A stretch of DNA of 63,471 nucleotides, filler included, from Sluysia triapertura (lineage: Eukaryota), in assembly GCA_046118255.1 (NCBI GenBank). It is 4 parts of 4 records of this genome, joined end to end, with 100 filler letters (N's around TTAATTAATTAA, not from the genome) between each part and the next. Parts side by side here need not be neighbours in the genome. Positions count along the whole stretch, not along the records: positions 24,217 to 37,787 come from JBJNIA010032047.1; 3 more parts are not named here. One strand, written 5' to 3'. The position numbers were made by a program, and so were the translations under genes. Positions 24,218 through 35,400 of this stretch are shown piece by piece. Position 1 is the stretch's first letter. Every line of letters starts with the position of its first letter. The notes beneath the pieces are model-generated. The model was given only the letters and a program-made list of their open reading frames with translations, did no database searches and had not been told where the DNA came from.

Positions 24218-25864
24218 TTTACCGCATTATATATGCTCTGGACTATAATTTATTTATTTCAAGTTCATAAGAGAATACGTGGTCCCACGAATAATAGAAA
24301 TCTAATCCCATTAATGTTAATTACAATGGTTTCGATAATGCAATGCCAAGAACACTCATTTAAGACAGAGCATTTCGAGTTTTATAATAGTAATACAGAA
24401 GTGAAAATCAGAACATTGAACGAAAATATTCATGTTAAAGTTGTATGCTTAAAAGCTGCTAGACTTAACTTTAGCTCATGGGTAATACACGAAAATTTTA
24501 TTGACAATGAACTACGATATCCAGTTACAATATGTTCAGATATGTTACCCACTGAGGATAGACACATCTTAATAAGATATAGACATTCATCAAAGTATAT
24601 GCATTTCGCGATCAAAGGGATTAGAAAAAATTTAACAATTATAGAAACATTAAAAAATGACCCCGCCTTAGTAATATTAATTGTGGCAGCAATACTTTTT
24701 GTAATAGCTTTAGCAATAGTGGTATTGACTATTATTATGTTTGTCTCAAACAGATGTCGTTATCCATGTCTACCACATAATAACAATAATGACGACGGTG
24801 ATGTGTATACAATGCCACATCAAAATAATTACGCTCCTCCACCTGGGATGCCATTACTTCCACCACCAATTTATGAATATGTTTCGAATAATCATTCACC
24901 ATTTATTTATGGAGATTGGCATATGACGCAACTTTGGTCGACCTTATTAACTTGTCTTTGTCTGTCATGTGTTTCAAATGCATGTATGATAGATTTAAAT
25001 TCAGAAAATCATATATCACAAGATTTAACACCTCGGATATCTATAACTTCAACACAAAGGAATATTATAGTAGCAGTACAGGCAGACAAATTTAAACTAA
25101 TTAATCTTTATTTGAAGTGCTGTTTAATGGGATGGTGTCAGGAAGAATCAACGTTGAACAAAAATATTTTTTATTGGATAATTTCGTGTGACAAATTATT
25201 AGAATTTCAGTTATTCAATATTACTTTAACAATAGAACTTGAACATGATCCTAAATATAATGCAAAAATAATTCTAATACGGCATTATAGGATTAGGACT
25301 CAACCATTTATTTTCAGTCAATCACAAAAAATTATCGAATTTCCTATGGTAATCTATCGATATAATGGTAATATTATACGAATAAACAACCCATTAAATG
25401 ATAATGCATTGATAATAGCATATACATTACGCGAAGTCATAAATTATGGATTAGTATTTCCAAAGGACACTATGCGAATATACGGATATCCATATATTAA
25501 GGTTACGTTTTTTAGTATTTGGATCATACGTGATAACGAGATTAGTAATACGACTGAATTTTGGCCGCTTATTAGGAAATTTGATGTTCAAGTACCTGTT
25601 ATCGATAAACATGAAAATGATATAGAATTAAAGGTAGTAGAAAAAATTAAGAAGAATAACACTACGGATAATTCCTCTTGTCATACGTTCGCAAATATAA
25701 GTAAAATAATTGCAAAACATCCAGCAGTGCTAAAATCTAATATTAATATTATTGTAATAATGAACTACATTTTAATAATAATTCAGTTAGTAACATTACT
25801 TATAAACTTCATAATACCTAAATTCTATTTGTTTATGAGGCGCCAAGCTCATATTTTCATATAA
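24218..25864 (+). CDS. 5'-truncated membrane polyprotein: tandem signal-ectodomain-TM units, env-like position
   Basis: Frame is open from the gap (FTALYMLWTIIYLF..). Signal-like LIPLMLITMVSIMQC; TM ALVILIVAAILFVIALAIVVLTIIMFV; Pro/Tyr tail with PPPIY; second signal-like MTQLWSTLLTCLCLSCVSNA; multiple N-x-S/T sequons; C-terminal TM. At least 543 aa without introns. Confidence 0.8.
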   Translation, partial: FTALYMLWTIIYLFQVHKRIRGPTNNRNLIPLMLITMVSIMQCQEHSFKTEHFEFYNSNTEVKIRTLNENIHVKVVCLKAARLNFSSWVIHENFIDNELRYPVTICSDMLPTEDRHILIRYRHSSKYMHFAIKGIRKNLTIIETLKNDPALVILIVAAILFVIALAIVVLTIIMFVSNRCRYPCLPHNNNNDDGDVYTMPHQNNYAPPPGMPLLPPPIYEYVSNNHSPFIYGDWHMTQLWSTLLTCLCLSCVSNACMIDLNSENHISQDLTPRISITSTQRNIIVAVQADKFKLINLYLKCCLMGWCQEESTLNKNIFYWIISCDKLLEFQLFNITLTIELEHDPKYNAKIILIRHYRIRTQPFIFSQSQKIIEFPMVIYRYNGNIIRINNPLNDNALIIAYTLREVINYGLVFPKDTMRIYGYPYIKVTFFSIWIIRDNEISNTTEFWPLIRKFDVQVPVIDKHENDIELKVVEKIKKNNTTDNSSCHTFANISKIIAKHPAVLKSNINIIVIMNYILIIIQLVTLLINFIIPKFYLFMRRQAHIFI

Positions 25865-26217
25865 GGATTATAAGTATTATAAATGTTACATAGTTGACCA
25901 TGTGTAATAGTACCCCTATTCATGTTGGGTCATATGAAATATTTATATAATAATAAATGGTTGCAACATTATAAATACTGTAAAATACTGTAAATTAAAT
26001 ATATTAGGTTAGGTTTAATGTAAAACTAGTAAGTATAGAATTAATAGAAATAAGATTAAGTTTAAATTATATAAGTAAAGTGTTTTTGACTGTATGTGAT
26101 GGTCACCATCCATTTCGAGTCATACACGAATTAAAATTGTTACTTAAAATATATTATGTATATATTTCTATTTAAATTATTACTTTATTATATAATTTTA
26201 TTTTTTTTAGTTAAATC

Positions 26218-26679
26218 ATGTCATATTCAACCTGTGCCATTTGCCTGAAATCTATTCGAAACTATTACGCTCGTACCTTTCCTTGTTTTCATAGGTTTCA
26301 CTTTTTCTGTCTATATGATCTATTTAACTCTTCCCCAACTCCTTTACCTAATTGTCCACTTTGTAGGGTCACGATCATGGAATGCAGTATTTTCTATAAA
26401 AAGAAATTTCGAAGAACTTACACTTTTTCGGTTAAATATATCACCGATAATGCAGAAGAGCCCGGAATTGATATTTATCAACCGGCACCTATAGTTAAGA
26501 AAAGAAGGTTTAGTAGAAATGGGTGGGTTAGACCTCCCCCGAATTTTCCAAAGAATCTGACTAAATCTCAGAAAAGAAATAGAAGGAGACGCCAACTTAA
26601 GCATTTTTATAAAAAACAAGAAGAAAATTTGCCGAGACCTCTAAAACCTTTTAATCCTTTTTTGAAGAGGAGATTATAA
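26218..26679 (+). CDS. RING-H2 zinc finger protein with a basic (NLS-like) C-terminus; putative E3 ligase
   Basis: CAIC..CFH.FH..C..CPLCR (C3H2C3); KKRR and KRNRRRR clusters. Polypyrimidine-AG at 26201-26210, just before the ATG. Confidence 0.88.
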   Translation: MSYSTCAICLKSIRNYYARTFPCFHRFHFFCLYDLFNSSPTPLPNCPLCRVTIMECSIFYKKKFRRTYTFSVKYITDNAEEPGIDIYQPAPIVKKRRFSRNGWVRPPPNFPKNLTKSQKRNRRRRQLKHFYKKQEENLPRPLKPFNPFLKRRL

Positions 26680-26795
26680 ACTTCCTAAATTACGTATTTT
26701 TATTATACAAACTTAAAATTCACAATCATATTAAAATAGCTTACTTATTATTATTTTTATGTACTGTTTTATTTTTCTTTTGTCTCATTTAACAG

Positions 26796-28094
26796 ATGCA
26801 GGCGAAGATATTAAACCAACAGAAGAACTTCTACGTGTATATCGACAGGTACTGCCACGAGAGTATCACTCCTGCTTTCTTTGGCGACTCTGTTTCGACA
26901 CCTAATTCCTTGAAATCCGAGTTAAATATTAATCTAGCCACGCACATATTTTCTTTGAAACCGGAATCCTCTTTTATTACTTTAGACGGTCTCAGTCAGG
27001 TCCCTGAGACTATCGAATCCCTATATTTGGTTGTGGCTAGGGGAATAGTTAAGGTGACTTTAGTTGATACCGGTGCTCCTTATTATGTTCGTGTCCATAG
27101 CTTCTCATCTTTACATTTGACTAAATTGCATAAGAAATGTACTGTACTGATAGAGGCCACCGAATATCCGACGTCTGTAGCACTGCTTTTTCCTTTACCT
27201 CTGTCTACATTCAAGTCTTTCCTTCCTAACCTCTATAAAGACGACATCGCTAATTTGGAACGCTGGAGAAAGGGGACTTCATTTACTCATGTCCCTCCTA
27301 TGTTGATTTGTGATGAGGAACGTCTAGTTTTCATTTCTTACTCATATGCATTCGATTTTAAAGATCATCCCCATATTACACAACTTTCTTGCACTCCATA
27401 CTCAAGACAGTTTCATACGAACATTAACATTAAACCCCGCCTTCGTATAAGAAATTTCCTCAGAGATATTCAAGAGATGAAAGATTCCGATATCTCTGAG
27501 GCTAAGGATATAGATGACGTACGTCCTTTTCTTTTGGGTCACCTGCATGATAAGATCATGGTGTCGTTGAACCCATGTCTTATAAATCTACCTTTCGGTT
27601 GGTTTAAGGGAGTGATTAACCTGACTAATCACAACCTTCTGTCTTATACTACGAACGATATAATCCAAAAGGGACGTCAGACATTTCGTTTATTATATCC
27701 TATTCCGCCGCGAATGACGTGTATGAGGATGGCCTCCGAATTGGTACCTTTACTTAATCTCATTCGTGAAAAGGACACTCTTTTTATTTCTAATTGTTCA
27801 ACCCCTCCTTCTCTTTTTTCTCTTCCATCTACTTCTACACTTTTCGATACTGTCGTGGCACTTCCAACGATCAAATCTTTAACTCCACCACCATCATCAT
27901 CCTCTGCTACAAAACAATCGTTATCGAAATCACCGCCGGTAATGTCATCACAAACTACGACAGCAGCTTCGCCACTACCATCATCGTTTTCCAGTACAAA
28001 AACTACACATAAGACTTCATCCATGAGTATTCTACAACGAAAAAGACCGTATTACTGGGACAACAATGATAACATTGATTTAGATGATTGTTGA
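26796..28094 (+). CDS. 432-aa hypothetical protein; possible degenerate cupin/JmjC-like fold; S/T/P-rich tail; NLS
   Basis: Long intact intronless ORF with higher GC. LYLVVARGIVKVTLVD and SLNPCLINLPFGWFKGVINL resemble cupin/JmjC strands. RKRP near the C-terminus. The acceptor ..TTTAACAG abuts the ATG. Confidence 0.8.
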   Translation: MQAKILNQQKNFYVYIDRYCHESITPAFFGDSVSTPNSLKSELNINLATHIFSLKPESSFITLDGLSQVPETIESLYLVVARGIVKVTLVDTGAPYYVRVHSFSSLHLTKLHKKCTVLIEATEYPTSVALLFPLPLSTFKSFLPNLYKDDIANLERWRKGTSFTHVPPMLICDEERLVFISYSYAFDFKDHPHITQLSCTPYSRQFHTNINIKPRLRIRNFLRDIQEMKDSDISEAKDIDDVRPFLLGHLHDKIMVSLNPCLINLPFGWFKGVINLTNHNLLSYTTNDIIQKGRQTFRLLYPIPPRMTCMRMASELVPLLNLIREKDTLFISNCSTPPSLFSLPSTSTLFDTVVALPTIKSLTPPPSSSSATKQSLSKSPPVMSSQTTTAASPLPSSFSSTKTTHKTSSMSILQRKRPYYWDNNDNIDLDDC

Positions 28095-28207
28095 TTTTGT
28101 ATTTATTATTTTTATATATATTTTCATCAATTTTGTCTTATTATAACATTATTATTATTCAATTTTATGTTATTTATCGTTTGATCTGATAATTTTTTTT
28201 GTTTCGA

Positions 28208-28250
28208 GATTCGAGACGAATCTTCCCTAATGGGGAAGTAAATGTAAATA
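28208..28250 (+). mobile_element. Candidate Ty3/gypsy-type hairpin + polypurine tract + LTR start (TGT at 28243)
   Basis: GATTCGAGACGAATCTTCCCTAATGGGGAAGTAAA|TGTAAATA resembles the 3' junction of gypsy elements (..TTCG.GACGAA.T...GGGG.AG.A|TGTAA). LTR end not defined. Confidence 0.5.
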
Positions 28251-28499
28251 TTAAAAAACAAATTAAAAGATTTAATTAGACATTTAATTATAAAGTACAA
28301 ATTTAATGAAACTAGATAATTATTTTAATTATTTTAATAAAGATAAAATTTTGTTACAAAGTATACTTTTTAATTAATAAAGATAAAATTTACAAAAATA
28401 AATTATAATTTTAGATAATTAATAGATAAAAAATTAATTAAGAAAAATAAACCTTTAATTTTAAGTAATCTAAATCTTTTAATTTATCAACAATAGAAA

Positions 28500-28854
28500 T
28501 TATATATAAATAGCTGAAAAATGGCTAAAAGCACACACAAAAAATTTATAAATCTTTTTAAATTCTTTGGAACAAACTTTCGTTGAGTGAATTAAAATTG
28601 TTGTATTGGAACCTTGGGAGATTATTGCACTGAAAAAATATTGGATCGATATTATTAGAAAGGAGATTTTTTGAATCGAGAATTTTTGGATTTGGATCGA
28701 TATTATTAGAAAGGAGATTTTTTGAATCGAGATTTTTTTAGATTTGGATCGGTATTATTTGAAAGAAGAGTTTTGGATCGAAACTAAATCGGATAAAAAT
28801 TGTTGTCTTTTGGAAAAAGAACTATTGTACCATTAGTAAGCTATTTATATATAA
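28500..28854. repeat. 16-bp inverted repeat (TTATATATAAATAGCT) enclosing a 51-bp tandem repeat
   Basis: 28500-28515 is the reverse complement of 28839-28854. Tandem units start at 28641 and 28692, with a partial third at ~28744. Confidence 0.85.
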
Positions 28855-29342
28855 GATTCAAACAATAATAAAATTGTTTTTAAATCCTACTTAAACTTAT
28901 ATTGTTTTCATACTCAAGTATTCCACTTGAGTTAAACTCATTTCAAAATTTATTGTAAACATTAGGAAAATATCCTAAATAGTTTTGACTTATTATTATT
29001 AATACTGTTGAACATTTTTATATCGCGTTTGATTTATTTTTATACTTATAAAATTTGTGACTATAGCTATTGTAGTAAATAAAATTTCATAGGATACTAC
29101 GAGTATCAGTCGTTTATTATTTATTCATTGAAGTACGTAAATTAGATTTGTTTGGAAATTCATATTACAACTTGATAAAGATAAAAGACCCTCCGTTTAA
29201 GATTTAAGGCATTCTTTTCGTAGCAATTTTTCATTAACCTATAATTAAGTCTTCCGTCGGAAATAAATCTTAAATTATAGGCGAACCCAATAAGGACTAA
29301 AATCATAATTGTTAAGTTATTAAATAAAGAAAACTTGAACAT

Positions 29343-29921
29343 ATGGAATTAATGCAAAAGTTTTTTGATTTAACATATGATTTAAAGAAAACAAATAATG
29401 CATTTGAAGCTTTTAATGGAAAATATACTGAAATTCATGAACCCGAAAATTTTTATGTTAAATAATAAATTATTTACAGTTGAGAATTCAGTCGACACTG
29501 AATAAAATACATAAAGAATTAAAGAATCAAACTAAAAATGATAATCGTTTTAAAATAATGAACGTAGTAATCAGAAAAGCTGACGATTCAATTTACAGAA
29601 CATTAACTAAGTATGTGAAATATATTTACGATTTAGATCGCTATAAAACCGCACTTTGTACATAAGGTTCGACGGATTCAGGTCAATGCATCAAATATGG
29701 TCGAAAGTGCGTATATCCGCATGGGATTTTTGATTGTCTACTTCACCAGAATTTTTGATGACTATGGCGAACTTATTTCTAACTTATTGTCAACCTTATA
29801 TGCAACACCAAATACGTCAAACTCATCTATTAGTTGCTACCTATTCACAACAAACCAACAAGATCGTGTTTTGTACAATCACGAATATTCTGATTCCATT
29901 GACAATTTTACGCTAAAGTGA
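29343..29921 (+). pseudogene. Hypothetical gene or pseudogene with possible micro-introns
   Basis: MELMQKFF..EPENFY joins ORF 29480 via a 23-nt GT..CAG segment, then needs a frame change into ORF 29697-29921. No domain recognised. Confidence 0.25.
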
Positions 29922-32459
29922 AATCATTACATTTTAATATTTTCATTTTATGATTATGATTATATCTTTTATTTTTGTTCAGGAAAATTTGTGAAAATAT
30001 GACCGTGGCATCTTTAAGTACAAATAAACATTTTTATTTATCGTATCCCTATCATATTAATCAAAATTTTCATTTTTCTTCAATTTTTATCATCAATATA
30101 TGCTGTGTCTTATATTATGAGTTTCTTAATGAAAACGTATACATCTAATAAATTAATTTTATCATTTAAATTCAAAGCTAAAAATAAAGCCCCAAAATCC
30201 TTACACACACGCATAAAACATCATCTTAAACACATATCAAAACGTACCATAACACCTCATCAATTCCCATATCTTCCTAACCAAACATTAACTTCTAAAA
30301 TAGAAATTCATAAAGTTTTTAAATAAGTTTAAACTATTTCTTTCATTTAATAACACTATTAAACTTTAACTTTATTGACACTTCAGAACCGATAACAAGT
30401 TCAAACGTTAACTTTAAACAGATTTCAAGTTTAGAACAAAAATTTGAAAACCAAGAATTTTAAAAAAAGATGGAAATTTCAGGAAGAATGTAAGAATCTG
30501 CTTGTTTTTTTTATAATTTATATAATTTGGACAGATTATTTAAATTATGCTAAAGTTACGCTTGTTTAAATAATATGTTCAATTTATTTAAATATATTTA
30601 TTACAATTTTTATGTTTCTGAAAAATTTAAAAATTTTTTAAATGTTAATAAAGAATATTCAAAATTCATAATACGTACTATTAATGCACATAAATCTGTA
30701 TATTATCAAGAAGTTACCAATCTGAGACTTATATGCCTTTAACTGTTTATAAAAGTAGAAATTGTTTAAGAGATAGTTCGCGTGATGTTGGTAAATTATT
30801 TTTGCAATCAAGGGTGTCATATTTTTTTATTATCAAGTATCCTAGAAGAATTACAGTGAAAATACGGACGGGATTCTACTAGGTGGTGCTATATTACCAC
30901 CATGATAACATATTCTAATAATGTCATTGATGTTAGTCTAGTTTCTCGTTATATCTGGCAATTATTTTGTAATTCAAACGCTCGTCGGTGTTAATTCATA
31001 ATGAAGTAAAACGTTTATGTGATTCGAGAATATTTTCTATAAGATATTAATTATTATCTTGAAACTTGGATCACCTATCTTTTTAATGCATTTAATGGGT
31101 GATCTAGGTGTATATTGACCACAAGTACTTAATTTTTCCAGGTGTAATATTGCTAAATAAAAATATTAAAATTTTTTCAAGAGATATTTTAAACTTTCTG
31201 AGTTAGGTGATGAAATATTTATATCAAATGGTTGTATGAGTAAATAAATGAGGGCAGTACAAGTTCTCGCTTAGCATACGGAAGGGTTCTATTTCTATTT
31301 TTTGAGAAAATGCATACTATCAGTGAAGTAGTGTTTTATTGTATTTGTTGATAAATTTAAGTTATCATTAGACAGACGATTATTTTGTCGAAAAGAACTA
31401 AAATGCGCAAAGAAAAAAAGGGCTCGTGTTAATAGCTTTTTTAATTTCTGTAATAATATACCTTTTCAGATATCGTAAACTTAATTATGGATGTGAAATA
31501 TATTTTTAGTTAAAGTGTTTCATAAATACATCATGTTTGGTCTTTATTTCGTGATTAACGTTGATAATTTTAGAATTAAAGTGCCTTGAAGCATAGTATG
31601 TAAGAATAATTGATATTACAATTCTAACAAAATATAAATAATTAAAATTAAATAAAACCACAATTTCCAATAAACAATCAACACTAAAAATTTTGTGGTT
31701 AAGATATTAGTGTGTCCATGTTTAAGTCGAGGCATCGCATTATTATCTGAATAAACATGTTTAAAAGTGAATTTTAAAAGCTATAAATTATCTTACATTT
31801 CAATTTCAATTATTTGTCATTTTAAAATGTAGAAATGCCCTGACAAAACTAATAGTTAATGCAACACAGCCTTACTTCTTATTAAACACATAAAAAAACC
31901 TTTCTGAATCGCTGGAAGAAATATCTTTTGTTTGTCTTCGTAGATCTTTAGATTTATACGAAATGGAACTTTTAGTTCAATTACTATATCAAAAATATGC
32001 TGAAATTCAAGACATAGGTTCTAATCATCAAGTAATGCTACCTTCTACTAAGGGATCATGTAAAATATACACTCAACAGAAACACTTATTAATAATCTTT
32101 TATCAACATCCTCAAACAAACCTTTGTATTTTTCCAAAGAGTCGCAAATAGTACACAAAGATTTACGAATATTTTGAACAAGATGCAGATGTTTGCAAAT
32201 CCAACATTTTACCCTTCTATCGAAATACATTCTAAAATCTTTTCTCTGTGTTTGTTACTTATTTTCATTTCATATCACATTGAATTACTTCATTAGTTTA
32301 TACGTGGGTAACAAATACGAAATGGGTATTTTATTTTTAACAAATCAACTAGTTTTCGGAAGCAGAGAAATATTGCATGTCTTATGCGTAGTTATGCATA
32401 GTCTCCCTTAATAATATGCTTAGAAATCTTAATTATAAAACTAAAAAAATATTTCTTAC

Positions 32460-35400
32460 CGATAAACCAAAGCCAAAATGTTCTGTAAAGTAGCAATATC
32501 CAAGCTACAATAATCGGCACTATTGCTATTGACACTGCTTTTGTCACCAATATTATCAACATCATCATCACCAGCAGAACCACCTGACAACACCTTTTTT
32601 CTTGATTCTATGGCCAACATCTCATTTTGAATAGCTTGTTTACAAAGTGCTGTGGCCACTTCGTAACGACCATTATTTGAGTATTCAGTTATCAAAGAAT
32701 GCAACGTTTTCAAATGATCTGGTAATTCGTAGTTATAGTTTGTGCTTGGATTTGAACTTGAATTTGTGTTACATGTAGTAGCAGTGTTAGAGGTTTGGTC
32801 ATTTGTGGAAGATGATTGATGTGAACCATGTCGATTTCCTGTAAATTCAATTTTAACTTGAAATGAATGTGAAGAAAATTTGCGATTCTGCGAATAAATT
32901 TAATGAATTAGAACAATAGCACCGTATGCATCCACAATGATAGCCAATAAAGAAAATTTATTGAATTTTCGAAAAATATATTTAGTTACCAACACTTCAA
33001 ATATAAAATAAGGTTATTAAAGCATTCACTTGCACAATGTAACTTGCTTAAATGTGGAAAATTCTGGTTTTAATGTCATATTGAAAAAGATTTAAAAGAT
33101 GTAAATCCTGTTGTTTTTTAAATTTTCGCCATAATTGCCTGACAGTGAAAATACCACTACGAATAGATGGTTAGAATCAATGTCGTATAGTGTGATTTTA
33201 AAATGTTTAGAGTACGTAAGATTTCGGAATTTCAAGCTGAAACATTGTACGATGTACTACATAATGCCGAATGTCCGCTTGTATGGGTTAATATTGAAAA
33301 TTTGGTAATGTCGATCAAAACGGCTATTATCCATTGAAGACACTATTCGAGTTTAGAAATTGTGATTTCGTGATATAATGAAAATATCATATTTGGTGAT
33401 TCTGTATTTCATAAACATGATATGGAACCAGTTAATATCTCGTTAGAGAAAGTAACATCAGAAAAGAATTCATTATATATTAAATAATCAAGATTTTCTT
33501 CTATTTTATTGCATGAGTTATTTTGTATAGAACTGTTAGAATGATGTAGTTTTGAATATGTTATTAATTACGAAGGTGTTGTTGCATAATGATGTCGCTT
33601 TTCTAAGGACTTATGACACGCTTTTCAAAACCATAAGTTTGTATCAATGTAATAAGCCTGTGATAATAACCAAAAAAAGCACTTTAAATACCATTTTAAC
33701 AGTTTAACATTTTAAGCATTTTAAAAATATGGTAAATTGTTGTTAGTAAATTGACTATTTAGGAAACGTTTTCAACGAATAATAGCATCCATTAAAATAA
33801 GAAAAAGCTTCTGAGGCGACATCTTAGGCAAAACTCATTAAAATAGATCTACCATGTCAAATCCGTAAATACTTATTTTATCTAATACAACACATTGTTT
33901 TTAGTTGCGTGTTTGATGTATTTGGGGGTATCTAAATGTACCCGTCACCATAGTAATAAAAATATTACTCTATTATAATTTACAACATGTGTATATCAGT
34001 ACAGTAAGCAGAAATTGTACTTATCAATCTATATTTAATGATATATCATTTAGCCTACACATAATTGTTCAGATGTATAATTTTTTGAAAAGGATTATCT
34101 TTTGGTGGCGAAACGAAGAATGTTTAACAAATATTATCAATGTAAAGTACATAAAATCGTAGATATGAATGAATTGTCATATAAAATGAAACATAAATTT
34201 GTGTTTTAGGGAAAATGTTGCAAACGCTTAAAAGACATTTTTGTTTGTACCTGCCTAAGTAGAGAAATAAATATGCAATGAAAATTTTCCACACTGATAT
34301 GCTGATAAAAGAGCATGTAATATAAACATTAAAGTTTTGTTCATAAAATTACATTTTCGCACTGTTTTTAATAAAAATATATAAATGCAGCCTTAGTTGC
34401 ACAACACATGGAAGAATAATCTCACTTTGGTGGAGGTAAATCAGAATCTATATTAATGTTAAACTTATATTTATACAAGGTTGAAAAATGTATTTTAAAT
34501 TTATATTAGTTACAATTATAATTATTATAACCTGAAGCATTTTGGGAGCGCCGCAAATCACAATATGTTTCTTCCGTTAATTGACCCGATATCGTAGACT
34601 CTGATAAATTAATCGAATCTGCCAATTGATTACTTGAATAACTTTGTGTCATTGGTTCGTCATATTTTATCAATTCCTTAAGATATAATTTTTATAAACG
34701 GTAAAAAAGTATAAAAATTACTTATAATTAAAGTTAAAAATATCATTTGTTTATATTTTGATTATTTTTTCGATATATATTGTTACTTACAATAAATCTT
34801 TCAGAATTTATTGACATTATTCTTAATAACTTCTACATACACGTAAAAGGCATCATCTAAAAAGTTAAACTTTATACGCCAACGAAGTACATAAACAAAA
34901 GATTTTGTTTCTAATTACAGATAAATTCGGCATTTTTAATAATTTTTAAACATTTTACAAGATATAAAACCTTTAATGATTAAAATAATAAAAATCTAAT
35001 TTCCTAGCACTTATTTTATTTTAAACTATTTTTAATTTTGTAACATGATTAATGAATAAATCAACATTGAAAATAAAGTTAAAAATGCACAAAAACATTT
35101 TACATTCAAATATATTTATTCTAATCACTATTTCGTACCACAACTTTTAATAACTATTTAACTATATTAAATTTTTCTATTCAACATCTAAAATTAATAA
35201 CAGTATGTCAAAAGTTAAAATAAATTTGATAAAATCGAAGTTTCATCAAGCATTAAATTAAAATGTTTGAATCGATTTTAATTGGAATGGAAAATACCGT
35301 TTAGTTGTATATTCCAACTTATTCGCGTTTTGAACATATTTTTTTCATTTTGTTAATTAAATACTGATTATCCTTATACCAGGTCGTACAAAAAATAAAA

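Noticed and set aside
27677-28024. Antisense 115-aa ORF, and similar shadow ORFs at 26344-26619, 43653-43913, 4381-5219 and 48813-49001
   Set aside because: Explained by the codon or low-complexity composition of the real gene on the other strand; non-ATG starts or no domains.
30850-32330. Possible hAT transposase traces (NTDG, IHNEVK, RLAY)
   Set aside because: Motifs are too degenerate to distinguish from chance without a profile search.
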